Assembly: GCA_965230295.1 (NCBI GenBank)
Contig: OZ246001.1
Location: 1,696,001 to 1,760,000, forward strand
DNA: 64,000 nt
Direction: 5' to 3'
DNA from: Marinicella sp.
Lineage (GTDB): Bacteria > Pseudomonadota > Gammaproteobacteria > Xanthomonadales > Marinicellaceae
Part shown: in pieces, positions 40,723 to 49,709 of the stretch
Position numbering within the stretch: the stretch's first letter is position 1
Layout of the letters: each line of letters starts with the position of its first letter
Made by a program: the position numbers and the translations under genes
The notes under the pieces: generated by a model
Told to the model about the DNA's origin: nothing
Databases searched by the model: none
What the model saw: only the letters and a program-made list of their open reading frames with translations

Positions 40723-40754
40723 CCCTAGTCTTAAGCTTGGCTTGAAGACCACCC

Positions 40755-40807
40755 AAACCATCAACTATACTGTTGGCTTCAATCACTGGTATTGTTGATG
40801 GTTTTTT
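40755..40807 (+). terminator. Long hairpin plus U-tract, probable end of the tol operon
   Basis: AAACCATCAAC-t-ATAC...GTAT-t-GTTGATGGTTTTTT. Confidence 0.65.
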
Positions 40808-41026
40808 ATTTGTACAGATCATTTTTTTAATGGTGCTGGAGTTAGCCAGACAAACAGTCGCCAACCAAAACACCCAATTGAGAGAACATCAAGTCAGTGT
40901 TGCGGTCTGTGGTGGATGTGCTGGTGTAAAGGTAAACAACGCTGGAAACGTTAATGACACAAGCTGAAGTGGTTCTTTATGAGGCCAAGGGCTTCGATAA
41001 CAATAAAATGATATTTCGGGGAATTT

Positions 41027-41329
41027 ATGAGTGATTTAGACAATTACATCAAGCAGGCTTCAGATCAACAGTGGCTGGTCATCGTGCTGTTGATTGTATT
41101 TCCACCGGTGGGCATTTATTTGCTGTGGAAAGGCAAGCACTTTGATGAAAAGAAACGCAAGATCATTACTGGGGTGTCTGTTGCTTGGTTTTTGCTGTAT
41201 TTGATTGATGCTTCAATGGCACCAAGCAACCAGAGTGGTTATGGTAGTTGCAGCGCCACATTTTATGAAAATGGTTGTACCTATTACCGCGATGACAACT
41301 GTAATGTAGTGGCCAAATCTTGTGACTGA
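41027..41329 (+). CDS. Small hypothetical membrane protein with a four-Cys C-terminal domain
   Basis: Two TM helices (LLIVFPPVGIYLLWK; IITGVSVAWFLLYL) and tail CSATFYENGCTYYRDDNCNVVAKSC. Confidence 0.65.
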   Translation: MSDLDNYIKQASDQQWLVIVLLIVFPPVGIYLLWKGKHFDEKKRKIITGVSVAWFLLYLIDASMAPSNQSGYGSCSATFYENGCTYYRDDNCNVVAKSCD

Positions 41330-42767
41330 TAAACACAACTATGACCAAGAGATGGACTGGAATTATGCCCGGTTTATTGACTTGATAAACAGTACAGCAA
41401 AGAGTTTGGCTGCGTATGTAGACAAGGCCAACAAAGGCCTTCAACCAGTATCCAATCTGAAGCCGCTGGCGGAAATCAGGACCGCACTCAAAGCAGATCA
41501 GTTGATCCAAAAGGGCGGACTTTCCGAGCAGGGTTTTTCTGATTTTCTGGAAGTCTATTTAAAACACAGCACGCAATTACACCACCCCAACTACATGGCG
41601 CATCAAGTGGCATCACCAGGCATACCTTCGGCTTTAGCAGATTTCATTCATGGTGCCATCAACAACCCCATGGCCATTTATGAGATGGGGTCTACAGCAG
41701 CCACCTTAGAACATGTGGTGATCAATTGGATGCTGCATAAAATAGGTTGGCCAGAAGAACCCTTAGAAAAAACAAACCAAACCCATGGTGCAGGTGTACT
41801 CATGCACGGAGGTTCATTGGCCAACCTGGTTTCCTTGTTGGCAGCCAGGTCAGCGATTGCTCCAGATGCATGGGAACGAGGCAACCCTACAGACCTGAAA
41901 GTATTGGCACCGGCCAACAGCCACTATTCAATTGTCAGGGCCTTATCAATCATGGGGTTAGGCAGCCAGGCTTTGGTACCTGTTGCGGTCGATGCAGAAG
42001 AGCGGATCATTCCGGCAGCTCTTGAAGAATGCATCCAGTCAACCTTATCTCAGGGATACCGCATCATGGCGGTGGTTGCCAATGCTTGTTCAACCGGCAG
42101 TGGCTTGTTCGATCCTTTGACAGAGGTGGCCAACATTTGTGACCAACATCAAGTATGGTTTCATGTGGATGCTTGTCACGGCGGCTCTTTTCTACTTTCT
42201 GAGCAATTAAAACACCATTTGAGCGGTGCAGAAAAAGCGGATTCATTGGTCTGGGATGCCCACAAAATGATGCGCGTTTCAAGCTTGTGTACAGCGGTAT
42301 TGGTCAGAAATTCCAGTCATTTACAACATGCGTTTCAACAACAAGCCAGTTATTTGTTTTATGGCAGCCAAAGTATGGGTAAGGACTTTTTGCATCGCAC
42401 GGTGGAGTGCACCAAATCGGCATTGGCTACCAAAGTCTTTTTAAGCTTGGCATGGCAGGGAGAACAGGCCCTGGGTGAATACATTGAGGCCAGGGTGGGC
42501 CTAACGCATCAAGCTTACCAATTAATAAATCAACGTGATAACTTCCACTGTCCTTATCAACCAGAAAGTAACATCCTGTGTTTCAGGTATAAAGACGATG
42601 ATGATCTACAAATCACCATACGTGAAACACTGCTCAACGCAGGAATCTTTCATCTGACCTCAACGGACTTGAGCGGCAAAAGGTATTTGCGTATAACCAT
42701 CATGACCACAGCCACCAGTCTTGAAACCATAGAACAGATGGTTGAGGCGATAGAATCCAGGTGGTGA
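41322..42767 (+). CDS. Group II PLP-dependent amino-acid decarboxylase (DABA/GAD-like)
   Basis: HHPNYMAHQ, GGSLANL, SHYS, HVDACHGG and DAHKMM (PLP Lys) motifs. Confidence 0.88.
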   Translation: MTDKHNYDQEMDWNYARFIDLINSTAKSLAAYVDKANKGLQPVSNLKPLAEIRTALKADQLIQKGGLSEQGFSDFLEVYLKHSTQLHHPNYMAHQVASPGIPSALADFIHGAINNPMAIYEMGSTAATLEHVVINWMLHKIGWPEEPLEKTNQTHGAGVLMHGGSLANLVSLLAARSAIAPDAWERGNPTDLKVLAPANSHYSIVRALSIMGLGSQALVPVAVDAEERIIPAALEECIQSTLSQGYRIMAVVANACSTGSGLFDPLTEVANICDQHQVWFHVDACHGGSFLLSEQLKHHLSGAEKADSLVWDAHKMMRVSSLCTAVLVRNSSHLQHAFQQQASYLFYGSQSMGKDFLHRTVECTKSALATKVFLSLAWQGEQALGEYIEARVGLTHQAYQLINQRDNFHCPYQPESNILCFRYKDDDDLQITIRETLLNAGIFHLTSTDLSGKRYLRITIMTTATSLETIEQMVEAIESRW

Positions 42768-42796
42768 AATGCAGAACAAGACATTTGGAGCAGCTT

Positions 42797-43597
42797 ATGA
42801 ATAAGATGATACTGGTGTTGATCTTTTTTGGTTTTACGGTCAATGCAGAGATTGAACACCTGACGGGATTAAAGGGCAGTCAGTACCATGCACTACACTC
42901 CAAGGTGTTGGATCATGACTACCATATTTTTGTCAAAACACCACAAATCGACCCAGCAGATAAAAACAAAAAGTTGCCTGTGGTTTATCTGTTAGACGGT
43001 GGCGTTCATTTTCCAAGTATGGTGCCATATTCTCGATATATGACGTTGTTTGAGGAAATACCTCCGGTGATACAGGTGGGCATTTCTTACGGCACCAGTG
43101 ATTGGCAAAAAGGCAACAAGCGGAGTCATGATTTTACCTTGCCCGCCGCCAGTCGAGATCACTATGGTGGTGCCGAAAAGTTTCATCAGTTCTTAACCAC
43201 AGAACTGTTTCCCTTGATTGAAAGCAAATACCCCACTGATCCACAGCAAAGGATTTTATTTGGGCATTCACTGGGGGGCCAGTTTGCACTGTATTGTGCC
43301 ATGTTTCAACCGCACACCTTCAGCGGGTTGATTGCCAGCAATCCCGCCATTCATCGCAACACAGAGTTGTTTATGAAACCCATGGAGGTTTCAGCTCACC
43401 AGCCAAAATTATTTATCATGCAGGCTGAAAACGACAATGAAGTTTACATTCAACCCAGAAAAAAATGGCTTGAATTTTGGCAAAACAAACCTCACCATTG
43501 GCAACAGAAAGTCATGGAAGCCAAAGACCATAACCACATGAGCAGTGTGGTTGCGGCCTATCGGCAGGGTATGAAATGGCTGTTTACAAACCAATAA
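42797..43597 (+). CDS. Exported alpha/beta hydrolase (IroE/BesA-like esterase)
   Basis: Signal peptide; PVVYLLDG, GGAEKF and GHSLGG motifs. Confidence 0.8.
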   Translation: MNKMILVLIFFGFTVNAEIEHLTGLKGSQYHALHSKVLDHDYHIFVKTPQIDPADKNKKLPVVYLLDGGVHFPSMVPYSRYMTLFEEIPPVIQVGISYGTSDWQKGNKRSHDFTLPAASRDHYGGAEKFHQFLTTELFPLIESKYPTDPQQRILFGHSLGGQFALYCAMFQPHTFSGLIASNPAIHRNTELFMKPMEVSAHQPKLFIMQAENDNEVYIQPRKKWLEFWQNKPHHWQQKVMEAKDHNHMSSVVAAYRQGMKWLFTNQ

Positions 43598-43613
43598 TTA
43601 TTGACAAAATAAC

Positions 43614-44033
43614 ATGAAAAATACCGTTACCACTCAATGGGTCAAAGACTATACCTTTGTCAGCTCCAACCAAGACAACCAGTCCATTGTGATGGACTCG
43701 CCCGTTTCTGAAGGCGGTGATAAAGTGGGCCCATCACCCATGGAAGTGGTTTTGATGGGATTAAGTGCCTGTGCAGGTATCGATGTTAAGCTGATTTTGA
43801 CCAAAGCCAAACAAGACTTCTCAGATATTCAGGTTAAAGTCAGTGCTGAGCGACGGGAAGAAATACCGAAAGTGTACACTGACATCAACTTGCACTTTGT
43901 CATCACCGGTAATGCCCTGTCTGAAAAACAAGTGGTCCGCGCGATTAAGTTATCGGCTGAAAAATACTGTTCAGTTTCCCACATGCTACAAGGGACAGTA
44001 AACATCACCCATAGCCACGAGATCATTGAATAA
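43614..44033 (+). CDS. OsmC family protein (YhfA-like)
   Basis: GPSPME..L.GLSACAG and SAEKYCSV motifs. Confidence 0.9.
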   Translation: MKNTVTTQWVKDYTFVSSNQDNQSIVMDSPVSEGGDKVGPSPMEVVLMGLSACAGIDVKLILTKAKQDFSDIQVKVSAERREEIPKVYTDINLHFVITGNALSEKQVVRAIKLSAEKYCSVSHMLQGTVNITHSHEIIE

Positions 44034-44200
44034 GGGATGAACCTATTGATCATCGAAATGCCTCTGGCTGCATAAATTCGATCAATCGATACAAAGCAAA
44101 AAGTATTAAAAACAGGTAAGTCATTCAGAACAGCAAGGCTTTTGTGATATTTTTCTGACGTCAACGGTCTTTGATTTAACTTAATACCACGAGACCACCT

Positions 44201-44887
44201 GTGAAAAAAATTCTATGCTTGTTGATCCTGACCTTCTGTAATCCGATTTTGGCTCAGGAATACAGTGCCATGTATCGGGTCACTTTTGTTGGTGATTGGA
44301 CGGCAACCAACCACCCCATTGATTACCCCAACAATGCACATTTTTCTAACTTGATTGGCAGTACTCACAACCAAGTAGGTGGTACCTGGGCCTTGGGTGA
44401 ACTGGCTTCAAGTGGAATAAAGTCGATGGCTGAAGATGGTCTCAACAACTTGTTGATCACAGAAGTCAATGCGCAAATGAGTGCTGGTACAGCAGAAAAT
44501 TTGATTGAAGCGATAGGAGGATATGGAGATGAAACGACCTTTGTCGACTTTGAAATCACGGCATCCCATCCCAGGGTCAGCTTAACCAGTATGATTGCCC
44601 CGAGTCCAGACTGGTTTGTTGGAGTCCATGATTTGAGTTTAATCAACTCAGGAGAGTGGTTGGAGGAACTCATGATTGAACTGTTGCCATACGATGCAGG
44701 GACAGACAGCGGAGCTTCGTTTCGCAGTGAAAATTTTCCAACACAGCCAGCCCAACCCATCAGCCTCATCACCACCCACCCATTACCAGATAACGTTCCT
44801 TTGGGTTATTTGGTGTTTACTCGTTTAAGTACCACAGGCAGTCCACCCGATGAAGTGTTCGTGAGCAATTTTGAGGCCATTGAATGA
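44201..44887 (+). CDS. Secreted spondin-N domain protein
   Basis: Signal peptide; AHFS, MAEDG, SMIAPSPDWFVG and YDAGTDSG motifs; C-terminal DEVFVSNFE. Confidence 0.85.
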   Translation: MKKILCLLILTFCNPILAQEYSAMYRVTFVGDWTATNHPIDYPNNAHFSNLIGSTHNQVGGTWALGELASSGIKSMAEDGLNNLLITEVNAQMSAGTAENLIEAIGGYGDETTFVDFEITASHPRVSLTSMIAPSPDWFVGVHDLSLINSGEWLEELMIELLPYDAGTDSGASFRSENFPTQPAQPISLITTHPLPDNVPLGYLVFTRLSTTGSPPDEVFVSNFEAIE

Positions 44888-44893
44888 ACCTCA

Positions 44894-46705
44894 TCATTGA
44901 TCGGTAAATTGTAGTTTGGCCAGCTCAGAGTACAAACTGTTGTTACGAATCAATTGTTCATGTTTGCCTTTGGCCACAATTTTTCCCTGATCCATCACAA
45001 TGATTTGATCGGCTTTGCGTATGGTGGCCAGCCGATGTGCAATGACCAGGGTTGTCCGATCTTTCATGATGCTGTTCAAGGCTTCTTGGACCAGTTTTTC
45101 ACTGTTGGCATCCAAAGCACTGGTGGCTTCATCCAACAACAACACGGGCGGGTTGGTCAACACAGCACGGGCTATGGATAAGCGCTGTGCTTGACCGCCA
45201 GACAACCTGACGCCTCGTTCACCCAAGTATGTGTCGTAGCCTTGATCCAGGTTTTCTATGAATTCATCGGCATGGGCCAAACGCGCCGCTGCTTTGATGG
45301 CTTCATCACTGGCTTCAGGGTTACCGTAGGCAATGTTTTCCCGTGCCGTGCTGGAAAAAATGGTGACGTCTTGTGCCACCAATGAAAATTGAGAACGCAA
45401 GTCATTCAACTTGATGTTTTGAATGTCCTGACCATCTAATTTGATGTGACCAGATTGGGGTTCGTAAAATCTCATCAGCAGCTGGAATAAGGTGGATTTA
45501 CCTGAACCGGATGGTCCAACCAGCGCAACAGTTTGGCCAGGAATGACCTCAAAAGATATGTCTGACAAAACATTCAAGCCGGTGCGGCTGGGGTATGCAA
45601 AATTGACTTGATCAATACTTATGTTACCCAAGATGTCACGGTCGAATTGAAAGGCATCAGCGGCTTCCTGAATGGTGGACTCAGTGTTCATCAACTCAAT
45701 GATTCTTTCCAGGGCTCCTGCGGCTTTTTTCAACTCACTCCAAACGGTTGACAAGGCGCCCACAGAGGTGGCCGCCATGATGGCATACATCACAAACTGA
45801 CTCAGTGTACCGGCAGTCATGTCTCCGGTGATCACATCACGCGCCCCCAACCACAAGACAAAAACAATGCCGCCAAAAATCACGAAACCGACCAGTAAAG
45901 ACATGATTGTGGTCATGCGTATGGAAGCCACAGCGGCTTTGAAAGCGTTATTGATGGCCGTTATGAATTTGTTGTTTTCGAATTGTTCCTGGGCATAGGC
46001 TTGAACAGTGTGCATGGCGTTGATGGTTTCAGTGGCCAGAGCAGAAGAATCAGCAATGCGATCCTGTTCTGCTTTAGAAAGCTTTTGAATGCGCCGCCCT
46101 GTGATGACAATGGGAATCACCACCAAGGGTATCAGGAAAGCGATGTACATCGCCAGTTTAGGGCTGGAAACCACCATCATAAAAGCCGCACCAAAAAAAG
46201 TCACAGCAGAACGCAGGGCAATGGAGAAGGTGCTGCCAACCACGGTTTCAACCAAGGTGGTGTCGGTGTTGATGCGTGACAGAATTTCTCCGGTTTTGGT
46301 TTTTTCAAAAAACTCTTGAGACTGGGTCATGACCTTGGCATAAACCTGTTTACGCAAATCTGTGACTACTTTTTGTCCGATCCATGAGACCCAGAAATAG
46401 CGCAAGGAAGTAAACAAGATCATCAACGATGAAACCACAAACACCAACACAAAATAATAAGACAAGGTGTCTTGGTTTTCAGCAGCAAACCCCAGGTCGA
46501 TCATTTGTTTAAAAGCCACGGGTATGGCCAAATTGGCTGCTGCACCAAGAAACAGCAACAGCAGCGCTAACAGGATGTGCTTTTTGTAGGGAACAATCAG
46601 TGGTTTAATTAACCGCAAATGATTCAAAGAAGCTTTGCTGTTCTCTGCTTCTGATTTGGGTTGATCGTTCAATGTTGTCGTATCCACTTCACTGTGTCCT
46701 GCCAT
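44894..46705 (-). CDS. ABC exporter, fused TMD-NBD (MsbA-like)
   Basis: GPSGSGKST, LSGGQ, LLLDEATSALD and IAHRL motifs; six TM helices. Confidence 0.92.
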   Translation of the reverse strand: MAGHSEVDTTTLNDQPKSEAENSKASLNHLRLIKPLIVPYKKHILLALLLLFLGAAANLAIPVAFKQMIDLGFAAENQDTLSYYFVLVFVVSSLMILFTSLRYFWVSWIGQKVVTDLRKQVYAKVMTQSQEFFEKTKTGEILSRINTDTTLVETVVGSTFSIALRSAVTFFGAAFMMVVSSPKLAMYIAFLIPLVVIPIVITGRRIQKLSKAEQDRIADSSALATETINAMHTVQAYAQEQFENNKFITAINNAFKAAVASIRMTTIMSLLVGFVIFGGIVFVLWLGARDVITGDMTAGTLSQFVMYAIMAATSVGALSTVWSELKKAAGALERIIELMNTESTIQEAADAFQFDRDILGNISIDQVNFAYPSRTGLNVLSDISFEVIPGQTVALVGPSGSGKSTLFQLLMRFYEPQSGHIKLDGQDIQNIKLNDLRSQFSLVAQDVTIFSSTARENIAYGNPEASDEAIKAAARLAHADEFIENLDQGYDTYLGERGVRLSGGQAQRLSIARAVLTNPPVLLLDEATSALDANSEKLVQEALNSIMKDRTTLVIAHRLATIRKADQIIVMDQGKIVAKGKHEQLIRNNSLYSELAKLQFTDQ

Positions 46706-47535
46706 AATGATTTTGCCTCCGGCTTGAAAAAGCCAAAATGTCCAATTGATTCAAGTCCCAAATTCTGCGGGTCAATGATGCGTTTTTCTATGTGCCGCTG
46801 GTCATCATTTACTGTTAAGGACTTGCCATATTCTTCCAACAGCCCGTCAATGGCTGCCTCAGGAGCCATGTCATCATCCGTGAATCCAAAGCACAGTAGT
46901 GGCTTTGCAAAGTGATGCCATGGATTTAAATCAAAACCAAATTTTTGATTAAACAGGTAGTCTTTTTGTTGCCCCCATGAAGCCCATTGCTTGGCAGCTG
47001 CAGACGGCCAGGGATAATTGCCCAAACCCAGTTTGGCTGCATTGAATCGAGGCCCTTTACTCATCCAAGGTACCAACACATGCCACAACAGGTATAGTTT
47101 CATATAACCAGACAGCGGCCACAGCCGCTTATCGCCTTTTTGTGCCGCCACAAGTATCAACCCATCGATGTGGTCGATGTTGTGAGCAAAACCCAACAAT
47201 TGACCACCAATGCTGTGTCCCAAAACCCAAACTTTTTCAGGCTTGAGGCTTGTGCGAACCCAGCCAATAATGGCCGACTGGTCCAACCGCCCCCATGACT
47301 CGGCATTCTGCAGTGCATCATCAGCTAACACATCCATGCCATCTTCCATGCCTCTGTAGTTGTACAAAACCACGGTGAGGCCTTGGGCCGCCATACTGGC
47401 AGCAAAGGCGTGGTAAAGCTTCCGCTTGACTCCAATGGCAGGGTTTACAATCAGGGTGTTGGCAGAGTCAGCCCCGAAAACCTCTAGTTGTAAAGTGACC
47501 TGGTCATTGGTGGTTATGTTGACGGCATCAAACAT
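46669..47535 (-). CDS. Alpha/beta hydrolase
   Basis: YNYRG, GHSIGGQ, TDD and IGHFGFF motifs. Confidence 0.85.
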   Translation of the reverse strand: MFDAVNITTNDQVTLQLEVFGADSANTLIVNPAIGVKRKLYHAFAASMAAQGLTVVLYNYRGMEDGMDVLADDALQNAESWGRLDQSAIIGWVRTSLKPEKVWVLGHSIGGQLLGFAHNIDHIDGLILVAAQKGDKRLWPLSGYMKLYLLWHVLVPWMSKGPRFNAAKLGLGNYPWPSAAAKQWASWGQQKDYLFNQKFGFDLNPWHHFAKPLLCFGFTDDDMAPEAAIDGLLEEYGKSLTVNDDQRHIEKRIIDPQNLGLESIGHFGFFKPEAKSLWQDTVKWIRQH

Positions 47536-47607
47536 TTAAGAAGGCCTAAAAAATCTTCATTGTAATGGATTACGCAAACAGAATGGTTGGCTGGTTAGGC
47601 AAAAACC

Positions 47608-48234
47608 TCAAGACTTCTTTTGGGCGATCATGAACACGGCTTTTCCGGGTGCGGGTTGCCATTGGTGAATGATGTCAAAATCGGCATTGAGCATAAACCG
47701 TTCCAACGCTTGTTGATCAAACACATGCAAAGTAGGTAACAACCCCAAAAATCGCCCGATGGGCCCCAACCACTTGAAGATTTTCATGGAATCTCCCAAG
47801 CAAGGCGTGGAGGTGACCAACAACCCACCAGGATTCAACATTTGGCTGACTTGTTTGACCACTTGTTGAGTGTTTTTCAATAAGTGCAGGATGCTCAGCC
47901 CCAACACCACATCAAAACGCTGCTCACCCGCATCAAAGTCATCGATGGTGCTGGTTAAGAAATCAATGTTGGTGATGTTTTGTTGTTCGGCTTTGTTTTT
48001 GGCAATGGCAATCATCTGATCTGACACATCGATGGCGGTGATGTGCTCGACAAGTGGCGCATGAATCAATGCTGTTGAGCCAGTGCCACAACCAAACTCG
48101 AACAGTCGCATGTTTGGTTTGAGGTGCTGTTGGGTCAGATTGAGCTTTTGTTCGTAAACGGCTTGATCAGGCACCGGACGCTTGGCGTATTTGGCGGCAT
48201 GTCGGTTCCAAAATTTTTGGTCGAAGTTTTTCAT
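47608..48234 (-). CDS. Class I SAM-dependent methyltransferase
   Basis: FEFGCGTG, AIDVS, LHLL and LNPGG motifs. Confidence 0.88.
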   Translation of the reverse strand: MKNFDQKFWNRHAAKYAKRPVPDQAVYEQKLNLTQQHLKPNMRLFEFGCGTGSTALIHAPLVEHITAIDVSDQMIAIAKNKAEQQNITNIDFLTSTIDDFDAGEQRFDVVLGLSILHLLKNTQQVVKQVSQMLNPGGLLVTSTPCLGDSMKIFKWLGPIGRFLGLLPTLHVFDQQALERFMLNADFDIIHQWQPAPGKAVFMIAQKKS

Positions 48235-48271
48235 TGATTTGTTTCATTTTTTGGGTTGATTCCATTATATG

Positions 48272-48330
48272 CATGCAAAACAGAATAAAAATATGATATT
48301 TTGTATGTAATCCATGCAAATATGAATAAA
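48272..48330. promoter_or_regulatory. Probable LysR binding sites in the divergent promoter
   Basis: Direct repeats CATGCAAAACAGAATAAA (48272-89) and CATGCAAATATGAATAAA (48313-30), each with T-N11-A, plus an inverted similar copy between them. Confidence 0.55.
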
Positions 48331-49226
48331 TGAGCGCTCTCAATTCACAGTTCAATTGGAACCAGGCCAAAGCATTTCTCTTAACTGCTCAAACCGGTTC
48401 TTTATCTGCTGCTGCACACCTACTGAAAGTGTCCCAACCGACCTTGGGCCGTCAGGTCAGCGCCTTAGAATCGGCACTGGGCGTGGTGCTGTTTGAGCGG
48501 GTGGGGCGTGGCCTGTCGTTAACGCCCAGTGGCCAAGAGCTGTTGGAGCATGTACAACACATGAATGAGGCAGCCAATCAGTTCATGCTCACAGCCACCG
48601 GCCAAAATAAACAATTGGCTGGCGAAGTTTGTATCACCGCCACCGATGTGCTGGCCTATTTTATCTTACCGCCTATACTTGCAAAACTTCGACGGCTGGA
48701 ACCGGGTATTCATATCGAGGTGATTGCCAGTAATGCGGCCAGTGACCTGCTGCGTCGGGAAGCCGACATTGCGGTGCGTTCTTTCAGGCCCACACAAGCT
48801 GATTTGGTGGCCAAGAAATTGGCCGATGTCGAAGCATTTTTGTATGCCACCCCAGGATACCTGGCGAGTTTAAATGATCCGAAAAACATGATGGAATTCA
48901 ATCAGGCCGACTTCATTGGTTTTGTGAACAACGATCCGTATCAAGAAGCCTTGAATGAGATGGGTTTTGAGCTCACAGCAGAGAATTTTCCTGTAGTTTG
49001 TGAAAACCACCTCATCCATTGGGAATTGACCAAACAGGGTGTGGGTATAGGAGTGATGCCGTTACAAGTGGGCAGCCAGGAACCGTTGGTCAAGCCCATT
49101 TTGCCTGATTTGCCAGGACACACTTCAGAATTGTGGTTGGTAGCCCACAGGGAAGTCAGGACCAGTCGCCGCGTAAGAAGGGTGTTTGATTTTTTGTCTG
49201 ATCAACTGATGCACATAGAAGTGTAA
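48330..49226 (+). CDS. LysR family transcriptional regulator
   Basis: GSLSAAA..L.VSQPTLGRQV..LE..LG..LFER and DLLRREADIAVR motifs. Confidence 0.93.
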   Translation: MSALNSQFNWNQAKAFLLTAQTGSLSAAAHLLKVSQPTLGRQVSALESALGVVLFERVGRGLSLTPSGQELLEHVQHMNEAANQFMLTATGQNKQLAGEVCITATDVLAYFILPPILAKLRRLEPGIHIEVIASNAASDLLRREADIAVRSFRPTQADLVAKKLADVEAFLYATPGYLASLNDPKNMMEFNQADFIGFVNNDPYQEALNEMGFELTAENFPVVCENHLIHWELTKQGVGIGVMPLQVGSQEPLVKPILPDLPGHTSELWLVAHREVRTSRRVRRVFDFLSDQLMHIEV

Positions 49227-49241
49227 AGATCATGCCATCAG

Positions 49242-49709
49242 TCACATTTGTGACTGCAGGTAATTTTCCAAACCAGTCAACTTGATCAAACGCAATTGTT
49301 TTTCCAGCCAATAGGCGTGATCAGTTTCGGTGTCATCCAGCAGCACCAATAACTGGTCCCGAGTGACGTAATCTTGTTCTTGCTCACACAAGGCCATGAC
49401 TTTTTTCAACGCTTTTTGTACACCATATTCGATGTCCAGATCACTTTGCAGCATGGCGGGTACGGTAGCGCCAATGTTCAGGCCATCTCGTTTAGACAGG
49501 TCAGGCTTGCCTTCAAGGAAGAGGATGCGTTCAATCAAAACGGCCGCATGGCCTTTTTCATCATCAAACTCATGATCAATGCGCTCATAGAGCTTGTTTA
49601 AGCCCATGTCTTCATACATTCTGGAGTGAACAAAGTATTGGTCCATGGCGGTTAATTCGTAAACCAGGAGCTCATTCAGTGCATTGATGATTTGAGGGTT
49701 GCCTTTCAT
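49242..49709 (-). CDS. bfr: Bacterioferritin, ferroxidase-type subunit (no heme Met)
   Basis: MKG..., E18, E51-K52-G-H54, LIERILFLEG, E94, ETDH. Confidence 0.9.
   Translation of the reverse strand: MKGNPQIINALNELLVYELTAMDQYFVHSRMYEDMGLNKLYERIDHEFDDEKGHAAVLIERILFLEGKPDLSKRDGLNIGATVPAMLQSDLDIEYGVQKALKKVMALCEQEQDYVTRDQLLVLLDDTETDHAYWLEKQLRLIKLTGLENYLQSQM

Noticed and set aside
40773-40967. 64-aa ORF after tolB as a possible pal remnant
   Set aside because: No lipobox or OmpA motif in the frames I read; it begins inside the terminator hairpin.
41322-43597. Siderophore (desferrioxamine-type) biosynthesis cluster
   Set aside because: No N-hydroxylase, acyltransferase, IucA/IucC synthetase or TonB-dependent receptor nearby.
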